Shown: piece after piece, positions 45,915 to 55,022 of the stretch
Position numbering within the stretch: the first letter of the stretch is position 1
How the letters are laid out: every line of letters starts with the position of its first letter
Source of the DNA: a virus
Taxonomy: Duplodnaviria > Caudoviricetes
Virus record (IMG/VR): IMGVR_UViG_3300020172_002942
Span: 1-61,944 of that record
Length of the DNA stretch: 61,944 bases
Direction: 5' to 3' (one strand)
Notes under the pieces: model-generated
Told to the model about the DNA's origin: nothing
The model's database searches: none
What the model saw: the letters and a program-made list of their open reading frames with translations, nothing else
Program-made: the position numbers and the translations under genes

Positions 45915-46358
45915 ATGAAGTTAACATTAGGAGAAATTGCTACAATGTTTGATGAATTAAATGGTAGAATTATTGATCAACAAACAGGTGAAAGAAGTAA
46001 AACAGGTTTGCTTTCACAAAAGTTATCTATTAAAATTAAGTACATTTTGAACAATCAGGTAAATAAACAGCTTGTTGATGAAAAAAAGTCTTTTGATGAA
46101 AGTTGTTTAGAAGTATTTAAGGAAATGATAGCAGAAGGCAAAGGGGAAGAAAAAGACGGGCGGTTTTTAGTGCCAGAAGAACATACTCCAGAATTAAAAA
46201 GCAGATTAGCTGTACTAGAAAAAATTGAAAAAGATATTGAAGTCCCTGAATTGAATGTTGAAGAATTATTTGACATAGAAACAGAGGACTACTATCCTGT
46301 TTTATTAGAAAAGTTTCTTAAAAAGGAAACGCCAACTGAACTTACAGTTGTAAAGTAA
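45915..46358 (+). CDS. Hypothetical acidic helical protein, possibly an assembly chaperone
   Basis: Own promoter TAATTTTG at 45892-45899. Confidence 0.6.
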   Translation: MKLTLGEIATMFDELNGRIIDQQTGERSKTGLLSQKLSIKIKYILNNQVNKQLVDEKKSFDESCLEVFKEMIAEGKGEEKDGRFLVPEEHTPELKSRLAVLEKIEKDIEVPELNVEELFDIETEDYYPVLLEKFLKKETPTELTVVK

Positions 46359-46359
46359 T

Positions 46360-46390
46360 AAAAAAGCAGGCTAAAAACCTGCTTCTTTTA
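46360..46390. terminator. Bidirectional terminator (AAGCAGG...CCTGCTT)
   Basis: Stem flanked by A and T tracts between convergent genes. Confidence 0.7.
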
Positions 46391-48380
46391 TTTTATCTAT
46401 TACCATGTTAGATGGGATTGACCTTTGACATTCAAATTCTTTGTTTCGTGGACACCATAGCCAATGTGGATCTAGCTTAATATTTGGATCATTCCAACAT
46501 CCATTGCATACATCAGGCTTAGTTACTCGGTAACAATCAAATTCATGGTCTGCTTCGGTAAAATTGGAAATCATAACTACTTTTTGATTGAGAGCCCACG
46601 CTAACCAAGATAGCCCACTAGATAAACCTATAAATAGTTTAGCTCCTCTAATTACATCCATTGTACTTCTTATGGAAGTATCTTTTATTTTGGTGCAATT
46701 TTCAAATGGATTATCCTCTTTTGATACATTGTAAACATCATATCCTAATTTATGAAAGTAGTTTATAACTTCTTGCCATCCTTCTCTAGTCCAAAACTTA
46801 CATTCCATTGTAGAATTTGTGGCAATTGTAATATATTTTTCACTAGGTATGCCAAATTCATTAGAATGATTTATTCTAGGTCTTAATGGCTTATAATCTA
46901 AACCAAGTATATTAGCAGCAGCCTGTTGAAGCGGTATGGTATTGCATAATACAGGCTCTTTATTCTCATCCCACTTCCATCCAATCCTATATAAAGCATA
47001 ACAATTAACCGTAGTTCCAGGCTCAACTAACTCTAATTCTGGATAGTCCAGTATTTTATTCCAAAAACTGGACATTACCACATGGCAATTATGCTTCTTT
47101 TGGAATTCTAAGCCATATGCAGCCCATGCAATTGTATCACCTAGGGATTTACTATCCAATACTATAAAAACCCTCTTATTGGTCAGATTTAGGGTGTTTT
47201 TGTAGATCAAATAACCATCCTGCCAAACCTTTGTTGTCCATTTGGTATAATATTGCCTGTTTAACTTAACCCAAGAGTTTGCTTTTATTGTGTTTTCATA
47301 AGCAATACTACCTTTCTCATCTAAAAATTGAACCTTAAAGTTGCTATCTGAAATTCCCTTGATTTCCAAAAATGGATTGTCCACAAAATGCTGTGTAATT
47401 TTTACCTTTTGTTTTTGAATAGGTAATTCTAATAATTTCATATAAGCTTCTTCATGTCTAAGTCCAAATATTAATGTGGTGTTGTCAGTAGGTACATTGT
47501 AATTACATTCTATGGTATTTAAATCAGTATCTATTGGCTGTATGTATTTGGTAAACATATCACCATATTGAGGTAAGTTTCTAGATATGATAGGTAAACC
47601 ATAGCTTATGGCCTCACGCAAAACTAAGGGATTACATTCCCAAGTGCTATTAAACATGAAAATATCAGCCATCTCCATAAAAGTATCAACGTCTTTTCTT
47701 TCTCCCCATATCCTTACATTATCTGGTATATCTTTCATAAGTGGTTCCCAATAATCTTTAAAGTTCCCAGCTTGGTTACCAACAAAATGAAATGTCATAT
47801 TAGGGTATTTGCGAGCAATCTCAAGTCCCTCAGCTTGATTTTTACCTTTAGTCCATAAGCCTACATTAAGAACATGTTTACCATCTTTCACTGCATTTAC
47901 TTCTTGTTTATCTATTGGATATTGTATTGTAACAAACTTAGATTCCATATTAGAAAATGTTTGCTCATGGTATGGGGTACAAAAAGCATATAAATCAGGA
48001 TGAAATAATTTTTCTTCATCAGGATTAAAAGCAACGTCATGTATTGTTTCTACTATTCTATATTTTCTATTAGAATCATAAAGTTTAGCTATCATCTGTC
48101 TATCCAATCTTTCTGATGGTTCATCTATATGAATAATATCTGGTTTCCATTTTTTAATTACATCAAATAGCTCCATTTTATTTTCATACAAAGTAGTAAA
48201 GTTTTCTTCTAGTAAACTTTTTATAGCATCACGTTGCACCACAAAATCTAAACTATGACATTGATATTCAACTACATAGTATTCATTTTCGGTATAATCT
48301 TTAAGACTTTGAATTCTTTTAAGTAAAAACTGAGGCATCCCCCCTGTACTAAGATGCGGAGCTAGAAATAGTATTTTCAT
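46371..48380 (-). CDS. GT4-family glycosyltransferase fused to an Aah/TibC-type (BAHT) protein O-heptosyltransferase
   Basis: N-terminus: HLSTGGMPQ...DIFMF.S..E..PLVL.EA...GLP. C-terminus: SLGDTIAW, F.KKH.C, ST...K.W...GW.EV, FIGLSSGLSWLAWA, C.GCW.D...WCPR...FEC. Confidence 0.85.
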   Translation of the reverse strand: MKILFLAPHLSTGGMPQFLLKRIQSLKDYTENEYYVVEYQCHSLDFVVQRDAIKSLLEENFTTLYENKMELFDVIKKWKPDIIHIDEPSERLDRQMIAKLYDSNRKYRIVETIHDVAFNPDEEKLFHPDLYAFCTPYHEQTFSNMESKFVTIQYPIDKQEVNAVKDGKHVLNVGLWTKGKNQAEGLEIARKYPNMTFHFVGNQAGNFKDYWEPLMKDIPDNVRIWGERKDVDTFMEMADIFMFNSTWECNPLVLREAISYGLPIISRNLPQYGDMFTKYIQPIDTDLNTIECNYNVPTDNTTLIFGLRHEEAYMKLLELPIQKQKVKITQHFVDNPFLEIKGISDSNFKVQFLDEKGSIAYENTIKANSWVKLNRQYYTKWTTKVWQDGYLIYKNTLNLTNKRVFIVLDSKSLGDTIAWAAYGLEFQKKHNCHVVMSSFWNKILDYPELELVEPGTTVNCYALYRIGWKWDENKEPVLCNTIPLQQAAANILGLDYKPLRPRINHSNEFGIPSEKYITIATNSTMECKFWTREGWQEVINYFHKLGYDVYNVSKEDNPFENCTKIKDTSIRSTMDVIRGAKLFIGLSSGLSWLAWALNQKVVMISNFTEADHEFDCYRVTKPDVCNGCWNDPNIKLDPHWLWCPRNKEFECQRSIPSNMVIDKIKEAGF

Positions 48381-49722
48381 CTATAAATTTATTTATTTTT
48401 TCAATATTTTTTTCGCCATGATAGAATAAATGATTTTGTTCTAAAGGTACCTTTTGCCATTGTTTAAGTATGTATTCATGGTTTTTATACTCTAATTTTT
48501 CATGCAACCCGTTTATGTAACAGTATGGCAATCCTTTATGCTGGTTGTATTTCCATAATAATACATTAGCTATTGTTTCTTCATGAAAAGGTGCATACCA
48601 ACCATTGTTTCTGATAATTGACGGATGTTGGCACATCCAAGCCCATTCGTTTAACCAATCAATACAGTTCTGTCCTGCTACAAAATAACCAGTCTGTCTA
48701 TATCTTTCACGAACATATTGATTAATTGAAAATAATTCACAAGCGGGAGCTTCTAATGTAGTGCTCATATCTTCTCTTGTTTCAGCTCCTCCTCTACCAT
48801 TCACATGTAAGTAATCGTATATACCTTCTGCAAAATAAGGATGGCTAGAATCTTTATCAAAATAATCAAATATTTTATTTATTTTATCAGTGGCTATGCT
48901 GTCTGTGTCAATGTAGGCAACTGTTTCAGCATAATATTCTAACGCATGTGCTAATATTTTAGGGCGTTCTATAAGTAGTTTATATATCTGTTTATCCTCT
49001 CTGTCAATATACTCTTTTCTTTTCTTTAAATGTATTACATCACATTGCCATTCAATGGTTTGTGTGTTTTTTACATTTATTTTAGCTTTAGAATTAAGTA
49101 AATAAACGAAAATAGGAATATTACTATAATTTCTAATGGAATTACAACAAGCATCCACAAGATCCAAATAAGACTCATCAGCATAAAGTACAAAGGCTTT
49201 TTCATGTTTTTGTTTTTTATTTGTATAATAACCATAGAAATTATTGCCATAAAGCAGTTCTAAATCTGGGTATCTTTCGGCCATTATATCAGGCGTAAGG
49301 TCAGGCTGTAAGTGGGTTTCATATTTGTTACCTTCATATTCGTCTTGCTCCATTTGGTATGGCACTGCAACAAGAAACTTCTTTTTAGACATTTCCAAAA
49401 AAGTTATAAGCCATTGTCCTTCCATTTCAGATAAATGTTCTAAGACATCACCTAAAATAAAAAAATCATATTTTTTGTAAAAAGCAGCAGGCATGCCGAG
49501 TATGTTTTTATTATAAACTACACCATACTTTTTATTTAATTCGTATTTATCTATGTATGGTTTCCATATTTCTACTGCATCCATTTTGTAACCATAACCA
49601 CGTAATAAATCACTATAAGTACCACATCCAGCTCCAACATCTAATATTTTAGCATCTAATGGCACATGATTCAAAAACCAATTCCTTACAGAATCTTTGT
49701 ATAACGGGTAACTTGTCGGCAT
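48349..49722 (-). CDS. SAM-dependent methyltransferase fused to a GT-A glycosyltransferase-like domain
   Basis: ILDVGAGCG, DVLEHL; C-terminal YIDTD (DxD), EET.AN.LLW, YHG.K. Confidence 0.75.
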   Translation of the reverse strand: MPTSYPLYKDSVRNWFLNHVPLDAKILDVGAGCGTYSDLLRGYGYKMDAVEIWKPYIDKYELNKKYGVVYNKNILGMPAAFYKKYDFFILGDVLEHLSEMEGQWLITFLEMSKKKFLVAVPYQMEQDEYEGNKYETHLQPDLTPDIMAERYPDLELLYGNNFYGYYTNKKQKHEKAFVLYADESYLDLVDACCNSIRNYSNIPIFVYLLNSKAKINVKNTQTIEWQCDVIHLKKRKEYIDREDKQIYKLLIERPKILAHALEYYAETVAYIDTDSIATDKINKIFDYFDKDSSHPYFAEGIYDYLHVNGRGGAETREDMSTTLEAPACELFSINQYVRERYRQTGYFVAGQNCIDWLNEWAWMCQHPSIIRNNGWYAPFHEETIANVLLWKYNQHKGLPYCYINGLHEKLEYKNHEYILKQWQKVPLEQNHLFYHGEKNIEKINKFIDENTISSSAS

Positions 49723-49735
49723 AAATTATTTATTT

Positions 49736-50278
49736 TTAATATCTTTCAAAAAGGAATTTACCAACAAATGGATGAATTTTAAACATTCCATAATTCACAG
49801 CAATTCCTTGATTACATGAAATTACTAATTTGTGAAAACCTTTTAATTTCTCTCTAAATTCTTCTATATTATCATTCCCTTTATAATCTTTACATGTATT
49901 ACAACAAGGCATAAGATTATCATATTCCATTGATTCGGGCATCATTTTATCAACTTTCATATTATTTATTGTAATTCTTTGTCCACAATAAGCACAAAGA
50001 CCATCATATTTTTCGTATATTTTTTCTATATCCATTTTATGAGTTTGGTTGTAATATTCTTCTGATGTCATTTCGGAATCCCAATTAGTATATCCTTCAT
50101 TATAAGCATTTCTTATCTGCTCCTTTTCTTTTTCAAGTAGGTATTCTGCTAATGTTAAAACAACAGAATAAGCTATATTATGCCCATATTGATAAACAGT
50201 TAATTCACCATTTTCTTTACTTGATGGTATAATTTTACTTTCAATTTCATCCTTTAAAAATTGCATTGCTGTTTTCAT
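49736..50278 (-). CDS. Fusion of an EKEQI..AY..G-type phage domain with a degenerate HNH endonuclease
   Basis: CAYCG...VDKM.P...NLMPCC.TC...KG; the catalytic His position reads Lys. Confidence 0.65.
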   Translation of the reverse strand: MKTAMQFLKDEIESKIIPSSKENGELTVYQYGHNIAYSVVLTLAEYLLEKEKEQIRNAYNEGYTNWDSEMTSEEYYNQTHKMDIEKIYEKYDGLCAYCGQRITINNMKVDKMMPESMEYDNLMPCCNTCKDYKGNDNIEEFREKLKGFHKLVISCNQGIAVNYGMFKIHPFVGKFLFERY

Positions 50279-50281
50279 AGG

Positions 50282-50611
50282 TTATTTGTTTTCAGCTTTT
50301 GTAAGCCATTCATTAAACCTTTCATAAATGTTGTGTATGTCATCTATTTCTTCATCTTTCCAATAAAATTTACCATTGCTTATTTTCATAACTGGTTTAA
50401 CTTCATTATCTAATTTAAAATAAATGCTATTTGCAGGAACTAAGTCTATTGCTTCTTTTTCTTGTAAAGCGTATAAATTAGCTGCCTTAATAATATCTGG
50501 GCTAGTTAATGCTAATTTGCAAGCACCTCTAAATTCTCCAAAATTTTGTACGCTTTTTTCATTTGCATACTTATTTATAAGTTCCCAACATTCATTACTT
50601 AATTCTTTCAT
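50282..50611 (-). CDS. Hypothetical protein
   Basis: ORF in the leftward operon. Confidence 0.6.
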   Translation of the reverse strand: MKELSNECWELINKYANEKSVQNFGEFRGACKLALTSPDIIKAANLYALQEKEAIDLVPANSIYFKLDNEVKPVMKISNGKFYWKDEEIDDIHNIYERFNEWLTKAENK

Positions 50612-50614
50612 AGG

Positions 50615-50806
50615 TTATTTGTTTAAGTTTTCAGATGTGCCACAAGTACCACTAAATCCAATAGACTTATGTGTTACGTTTTCAAAAACTAAATCTAAAT
50701 GTTGTTTAATCATTTGTACCTGTGTTTCATCAAGTGATTGTAAATTAGATTTCTTTGATAATTCAAAAAAACCTTGCAGCCAATAAGCAAATTCAAGTGA
50801 GTTCAT
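50615..50806 (-). CDS. Conserved hypothetical phage protein
   Basis: F.YWLQGFFE...Q...IK.HL.LVF pattern. Confidence 0.75.
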   Translation of the reverse strand: MNSLEFAYWLQGFFELSKKSNLQSLDETQVQMIKQHLDLVFENVTHKSIGFSGTCGTSENLNK

Positions 50807-50828
50807 GGTTTATATGTTTGATTTACCA

Positions 50829-50887
50829 CAAAGCTATATAATTAATTTAATTAAATTAAATAAATATTAATAAAATTATTACCTTTG
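50829..50887. promoter_or_regulatory. Divergent promoters: leftward TAGCTTTG (50829-50836) and rightward TACCTTTG (50880-50887), driving both halves of the glycosylation island
   Basis: TAnnTTTG on both strands with TTAATTAAATTAA at 50847-50859. Confidence 0.7.
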
Positions 50888-50891
50888 GCGT

Positions 50892-51269
50892 ATGAAAATA
50901 GAAGTCAGCATAGGTGAAGTGGTAGATAAATATACCATCTTAACCATAAAAAAGCTATTCATTCATGACAGTGAAAAGCTTGCAAACATTGAGAAAGAGT
51001 GGAAGTTAATCAAATCTTCATTGGTCAAAAAGTACCCAGAAACCTTAACAGATCCATTTACCCAAGAGCTTTATGATATTAACAAAAAATTATGGAAAGT
51101 AGAAGATGATATAAGGGATTGTGAACATAAAAGCTATTTTGGTGAGAAGTTTGTGGAATTGGCCAGAGAAGTTTACCAATTAAATGATGTCAGAGCCATA
51201 ATTAAAAAGCAAATAAACCAAAAGTATGGTTCGGAACTCATAGAAGAAAAATCGTATAAACAACACTAA
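50892..51269 (+). CDS. DUF6165-family protein, often linked to glycosyltransferase clusters
   Basis: I.VS.GE..DK.TIL.IK...N..LW.VED.IR..E....F...FVELAR.VY..ND.R...K..IN...GS.L.EEKSY. Confidence 0.85.
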   Translation: MKIEVSIGEVVDKYTILTIKKLFIHDSEKLANIEKEWKLIKSSLVKKYPETLTDPFTQELYDINKKLWKVEDDIRDCEHKSYFGEKFVELAREVYQLNDVRAIIKKQINQKYGSELIEEKSYKQH

Positions 51270-51272
51270 TTT

Positions 51273-52205
51273 ATGAAAAACCTCAGATTTATCTGTGCAC
51301 AGCCAACATCTCTATTTTATGCTTGGCAAGTAGAAGTATTAGTAAACAACTTTATGGATATGGGTATCAACCCTAATAATATTGATATTGTAAGTTGGAA
51401 AGTCAATGGTGTAATACCTGTGGAGTGGGTAAAGCTTACTCAAAAATACCCCGTTAACTTCCATTTTTATAACGATACTAGAGAAACAAAACATTACATT
51501 TCCTCAATCCGTCCAAACATATTAAAACAGCATTTTGAGGCACACCCTGAATTACAAAATGAAGCCATATTCTACCATGATTGTGATATAGTATTCACTA
51601 AACCAATTGATTGGAAACAATTTTTAGAGGATGATAAATGGTATGGTTCTGATACAAGATGGTATATTGCCCATAGTTATATTTTAAGTAAAGGCCAGGA
51701 CATAATGGATAAAATGTGTGAAATAGTAGGCATAGAAGAGTCAATCATTAGGGATAATGAGCTTAACTCAATCGGGGCCCAGTATTTAATGAAAGGCATT
51801 AATGCAGAATTTTGGGCTAATGTAGAAAGAGATTGCGAAATTTTATATAAAGACATAAGTGCTTTAAGTAATATTAAAAAGTCCCAAGATCCTAGTTATC
51901 ATGAATTACAGATATGGTGTGCGGATATGTGGGCAGTCCTTTGGAATGGGTGGAAATTAGGCAAAGAAACGGTTTGCCATCCTGATTTAGAGTTTGCATG
52001 GGGGACTAGTTCGGAAAGCGATTTTGATAGGTTAAATATATTGCACAATGCAGGTGTTGTTTCTGCCGATGATGGATTATTTTACAAAGCAAATTTCATG
52101 AATCAATTGCCATATAATCGTAATTTGAATATAAAGGAGGGGACAGCTTCCAAAAAATATTATGAAATTATTCAGAAAATAGAGAAAAAATCAGTTTTAA
52201 TATGA
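51273..52205 (+). CDS. GT95/GT96-like (HPAT/SGT1-type) protein O-glycosyltransferase
   Basis: FYAWQVEVL..NF, Y..SIRP..L..HF, YHDCDIVF..PI (DxD), W.ADMW, ILH.AG line up with plant SGT1/HPAT motifs. Confidence 0.65.
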   Translation: MKNLRFICAQPTSLFYAWQVEVLVNNFMDMGINPNNIDIVSWKVNGVIPVEWVKLTQKYPVNFHFYNDTRETKHYISSIRPNILKQHFEAHPELQNEAIFYHDCDIVFTKPIDWKQFLEDDKWYGSDTRWYIAHSYILSKGQDIMDKMCEIVGIEESIIRDNELNSIGAQYLMKGINAEFWANVERDCEILYKDISALSNIKKSQDPSYHELQIWCADMWAVLWNGWKLGKETVCHPDLEFAWGTSSESDFDRLNILHNAGVVSADDGLFYKANFMNQLPYNRNLNIKEGTASKKYYEIIQKIEKKSVLI

Positions 52206-53065
52206 TAATTACAAAAGCCACTTATGGAGGGGTAGATTGTACTAATATATTACAAAGCAAGATAGTAGCTGATAAGCTAGTAATTAGGGCAAATAATGAT
52301 ATAATTGGTGATCCTGCTGTGGGGCAAGTAAAATATTTGGAAATTGAATTTGAGGATGGTTTTCAGGCACAAATCAGAGAAGGCAATACATTTGTTTATC
52401 CTGAATCAAAGAATAGAAAATTGGGCATATTTTACTCAAATAACAACAATCATAATATTTGGCCTGCAATATATAAATCATTAGATACGATAAAAGAAGC
52501 AAGTGATGGGGTAGCTGATATTGTGGTGTGTACTTGGGAGTTTATGCCAGGTGTACCTTTCCATCAATTTAATAGTTGGTACACTAGCCAATCTCACTTA
52601 AATCAACTGTTGCAAATAATGCAATGCCTTTACATTGCTAAAACAATGGGACAATACGAATATGTTTCTTTCCTTGAACATGATGTAATGTACCCGAAGG
52701 GCTACTTTGATTTCCCTGATTTCCCTTCGGGTAAAGTGCTAACCAATATGAACTATGGCGGTGTTTGTAAAGATGGTTGGCAAAAAAGAAAGCAAAATGA
52801 TGAGCCATTTCATCAAATGACTATGAGATTAGAAGATGCAATTGAGCATTGTTTATCAATATTGCCAAATGCTTTAGTTACAAATAGTGGAATGATAGAA
52901 ACCCAAAAATTGAAAAGAATTCAATGGGAATGTGCAAATGAACCAGTTCATATTAACCATGGGGTACATTTTACAAGCCACAATTCTATTTACGACAAAA
53001 ATAATTTAACAGAAAACCACCCATATTGGGGGAATATTAATAATTATAAAAATTTATTTATATGA
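52202..53065 (+). CDS. SUEL/DUF3395-like lectin domain fused to a GT-A glycosyltransferase
   Basis: I.KA.YG..DCT...GDP..G..K.L.I; FLEHDV.YP. Confidence 0.65.
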   Translation: MIITKATYGGVDCTNILQSKIVADKLVIRANNDIIGDPAVGQVKYLEIEFEDGFQAQIREGNTFVYPESKNRKLGIFYSNNNNHNIWPAIYKSLDTIKEASDGVADIVVCTWEFMPGVPFHQFNSWYTSQSHLNQLLQIMQCLYIAKTMGQYEYVSFLEHDVMYPKGYFDFPDFPSGKVLTNMNYGGVCKDGWQKRKQNDEPFHQMTMRLEDAIEHCLSILPNALVTNSGMIETQKLKRIQWECANEPVHINHGVHFTSHNSIYDKNNLTENHPYWGNINNYKNLFI

Positions 53066-53280
53066 ACAAAGTAAAGGAAATCTTGTTATCCTACATGGCA
53101 GCCATGAATCCAACAGAGGAGCAAAAGGAATTAGCTGAAAAAAGGCTTAATACCTGCGTGGAATGTGAACATTGGGTACAAAACCCAGCAAGATGCGGTC
53201 TATGTGGTTGTCTTACAAAGGGTAAGGTTTTTACCCCTAGAGGTGCGGATGCTTGCCCTGCTCATAAATGGTCTGAGTAA
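53062..53280 (+). CDS. Small Cys-rich metal-binding protein (DUF6171-like)
   Basis: RL..C..C...C..CGC...K.......CP..KW. Confidence 0.7.
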   Translation: MNKVKEILLSYMAAMNPTEEQKELAEKRLNTCVECEHWVQNPARCGLCGCLTKGKVFTPRGADACPAHKWSE

Positions 53281-53319
53281 AAATATTTTCAATTTAACAT
53301 AATATAACTAAATTAATCT

Positions 53320-53327
53320 TATATTTG
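53320..53327 (+). promoter_or_regulatory. -7 promoter TATATTTG for the lysis cassette
   Basis: Consensus match. Confidence 0.7.
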
Positions 53328-53340
53328 GTAAAAAATTGAC

Positions 53341-53520
53341 ATGACCAATACTCAAGGGGATGTATCTGCAACAATTAGTATTTTAGGTGCGGTTGTTACA
53401 ATAAGTAGCATACAGCCAATTATAAGTCTTTTTGCAGGCTTGGTGGCAATAGTTTCAGGTATTTTTGCAATAAGATATTACTATTGGAAAACTAAACACT
53501 TGAACAATGACAAGCATTAA
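53341..53520 (+). CDS. 59-aa holin-like membrane protein, not in the ORF track
   Basis: Two hydrophobic segments and a basic C-terminus; first gene of the lysis cassette. Confidence 0.65.
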   Translation: MTNTQGDVSATISILGAVVTISSIQPIISLFAGLVAIVSGIFAIRYYYWKTKHLNNDKH

Positions 53521-54073
53521 GAATATACTTATAGTCTTATTACTTTTAGTAATAGGATTTTTTATTTTTAGTGATCCTAAGTATATTGGGCCAGGCAGTT
53601 CTACCACTATAGTTACCAAAAGAGATACACTTTACAAGATAGATACATTGTTGAAATACAAGAAAGGGAATGATATCCCTTTTGTCGTTTTAGATACTTT
53701 ATATCAAATTGATCAAGTGCATGTTCATGATACCACTTACATAGTAAACGATTACAATAAAGTTAAAGTATATTCAGATACTTTGCGTATAAATACGGAT
53801 AATAGCGTATATATTCAAGATACAATTAGTCAAAATAAAATCATTGGTAGGTTCTACAAAGCTAACTTAACTGAAAAAACTATAGTTGTTACTAATGATA
53901 TATACCATAAGCCTAAGAATGAACTTTTTGTGGGATTAATTGGTGATTTAAGACGTTTTGATAATAAAATAGGTGTTGGAGTTGGATTAAATTATAAGAA
54001 ACAAAAAGAGGCTTATACTTTGAATTTTACTACCAATCAAATTAGTTTCGGATTGTATAAAAAATTATTTTAA
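53507..54073 (+). CDS. Membrane-anchored spanin-like protein
   Basis: N-terminal TM, DT-rich periplasmic region, C-terminal beta strands ending in F. Confidence 0.6.
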   Translation: MTSIKNILIVLLLLVIGFFIFSDPKYIGPGSSTTIVTKRDTLYKIDTLLKYKKGNDIPFVVLDTLYQIDQVHVHDTTYIVNDYNKVKVYSDTLRINTDNSVYIQDTISQNKIIGRFYKANLTEKTIVVTNDIYHKPKNELFVGLIGDLRRFDNKIGVGVGLNYKKQKEAYTLNFTTNQISFGLYKKLF

Positions 54074-54379
54074 ATGGCAACAAGCAAAAAAACAAGCATA
54101 ACTCCATCTTTATTACCAATGGATTTTAAAACATTCGCTAAAAATCCTGTAGTAGCTACTTTATTTATTGTATTAGGTGCTATTGGGTATTTGTATATTG
54201 ATGTTAAGAGTACATTTAAGGAACAAGCTGTGTCGCAAGGATTTAGAATTGAAAAAATTGAAGGCAGATTAGATATTGTTCAAGATGCATTAAGAAGAAG
54301 TGATTCTATTAAAGCAGTTACCAGTACTCAATTAAGTACATTGAGAGAAATGGGTGCAATAAAATCAACTATAAAATAA
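54074..54379 (+). CDS. Single-TM coiled-coil lysis-cassette protein
   Basis: F.KNP....LF.V...IGYLYID then coiled coil. Confidence 0.6.
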   Translation: MATSKKTSITPSLLPMDFKTFAKNPVVATLFIVLGAIGYLYIDVKSTFKEQAVSQGFRIEKIEGRLDIVQDALRRSDSIKAVTSTQLSTLREMGAIKSTIK

Positions 54380-54717
54380 TGAAATATTTATTTGTTATAT
54401 TGATTGTGGGTATGTATGGGTGTCAAAATATAACAGCTCAAAGTAAAGATAAAACTTTGGAGAAAGATGCAGATTTTGAAAAGTTGATGAAACAAGTTAA
54501 AGAAAATGATCAATTGACTTTTAAAATAAGTGCTGACGCAACTGATGAACAAAAGCAAATAGTAGAAGAAACAGTTAATAAAATAGTTGCATTGAAAGAA
54601 GAAAATAAAGACTTAAAAGAACAGTTAAATGAAACAAAAGCAAAACTTGATAATGCTAGTATTGATACTCTTATCCCATTCACTCTTAGCCCAATATCCA
54701 ATAAAAAGGATTTTTAA
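54379..54717 (+). CDS. Lipoprotein, o-spanin-like
   Basis: Signal peptide with lipobox MYG-C, then coiled coil. Confidence 0.6.
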   Translation: MKYLFVILIVGMYGCQNITAQSKDKTLEKDADFEKLMKQVKENDQLTFKISADATDEQKQIVEETVNKIVALKEENKDLKEQLNETKAKLDNASIDTLIPFTLSPISNKKDF

Positions 54718-55018
54718 GGGTGATTCGGTGGTAATAATGAAGGTATCTCAAGCTGACACAATTAATTTGCTTTATAAAAATTATAATGATACGATAAACG
54801 ATTTAAAAAATTCAATAAAAATTAAAAAATTATTAGTAGATAGTTTAAATATTGAAATTTCGGATTTAAATATAAAAAAAGAAAATTATAAAATAAGATA
54901 TGAAGAACGATTAAAAATGCCTACGAAATACCAATATCACGATGATGGTTGGGATTTTGCACAAAAATTAGTATTAGTTGGTATTATCGCTTTGCAATTT
55001 TTTACAATAAAAAGATAA
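54629..55018 (+). CDS. Exported or membrane lysis-cassette protein
   Basis: Signal peptide, coiled coil, C-terminal TM; overlaps the lipoprotein gene. Confidence 0.55.
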   Translation: MKQKQNLIMLVLILLSHSLLAQYPIKRIFKGDSVVIMKVSQADTINLLYKNYNDTINDLKNSIKIKKLLVDSLNIEISDLNIKKENYKIRYEERLKMPTKYQYHDDGWDFAQKLVLVGIIALQFFTIKR

Positions 55019-55022
55019 AAAT

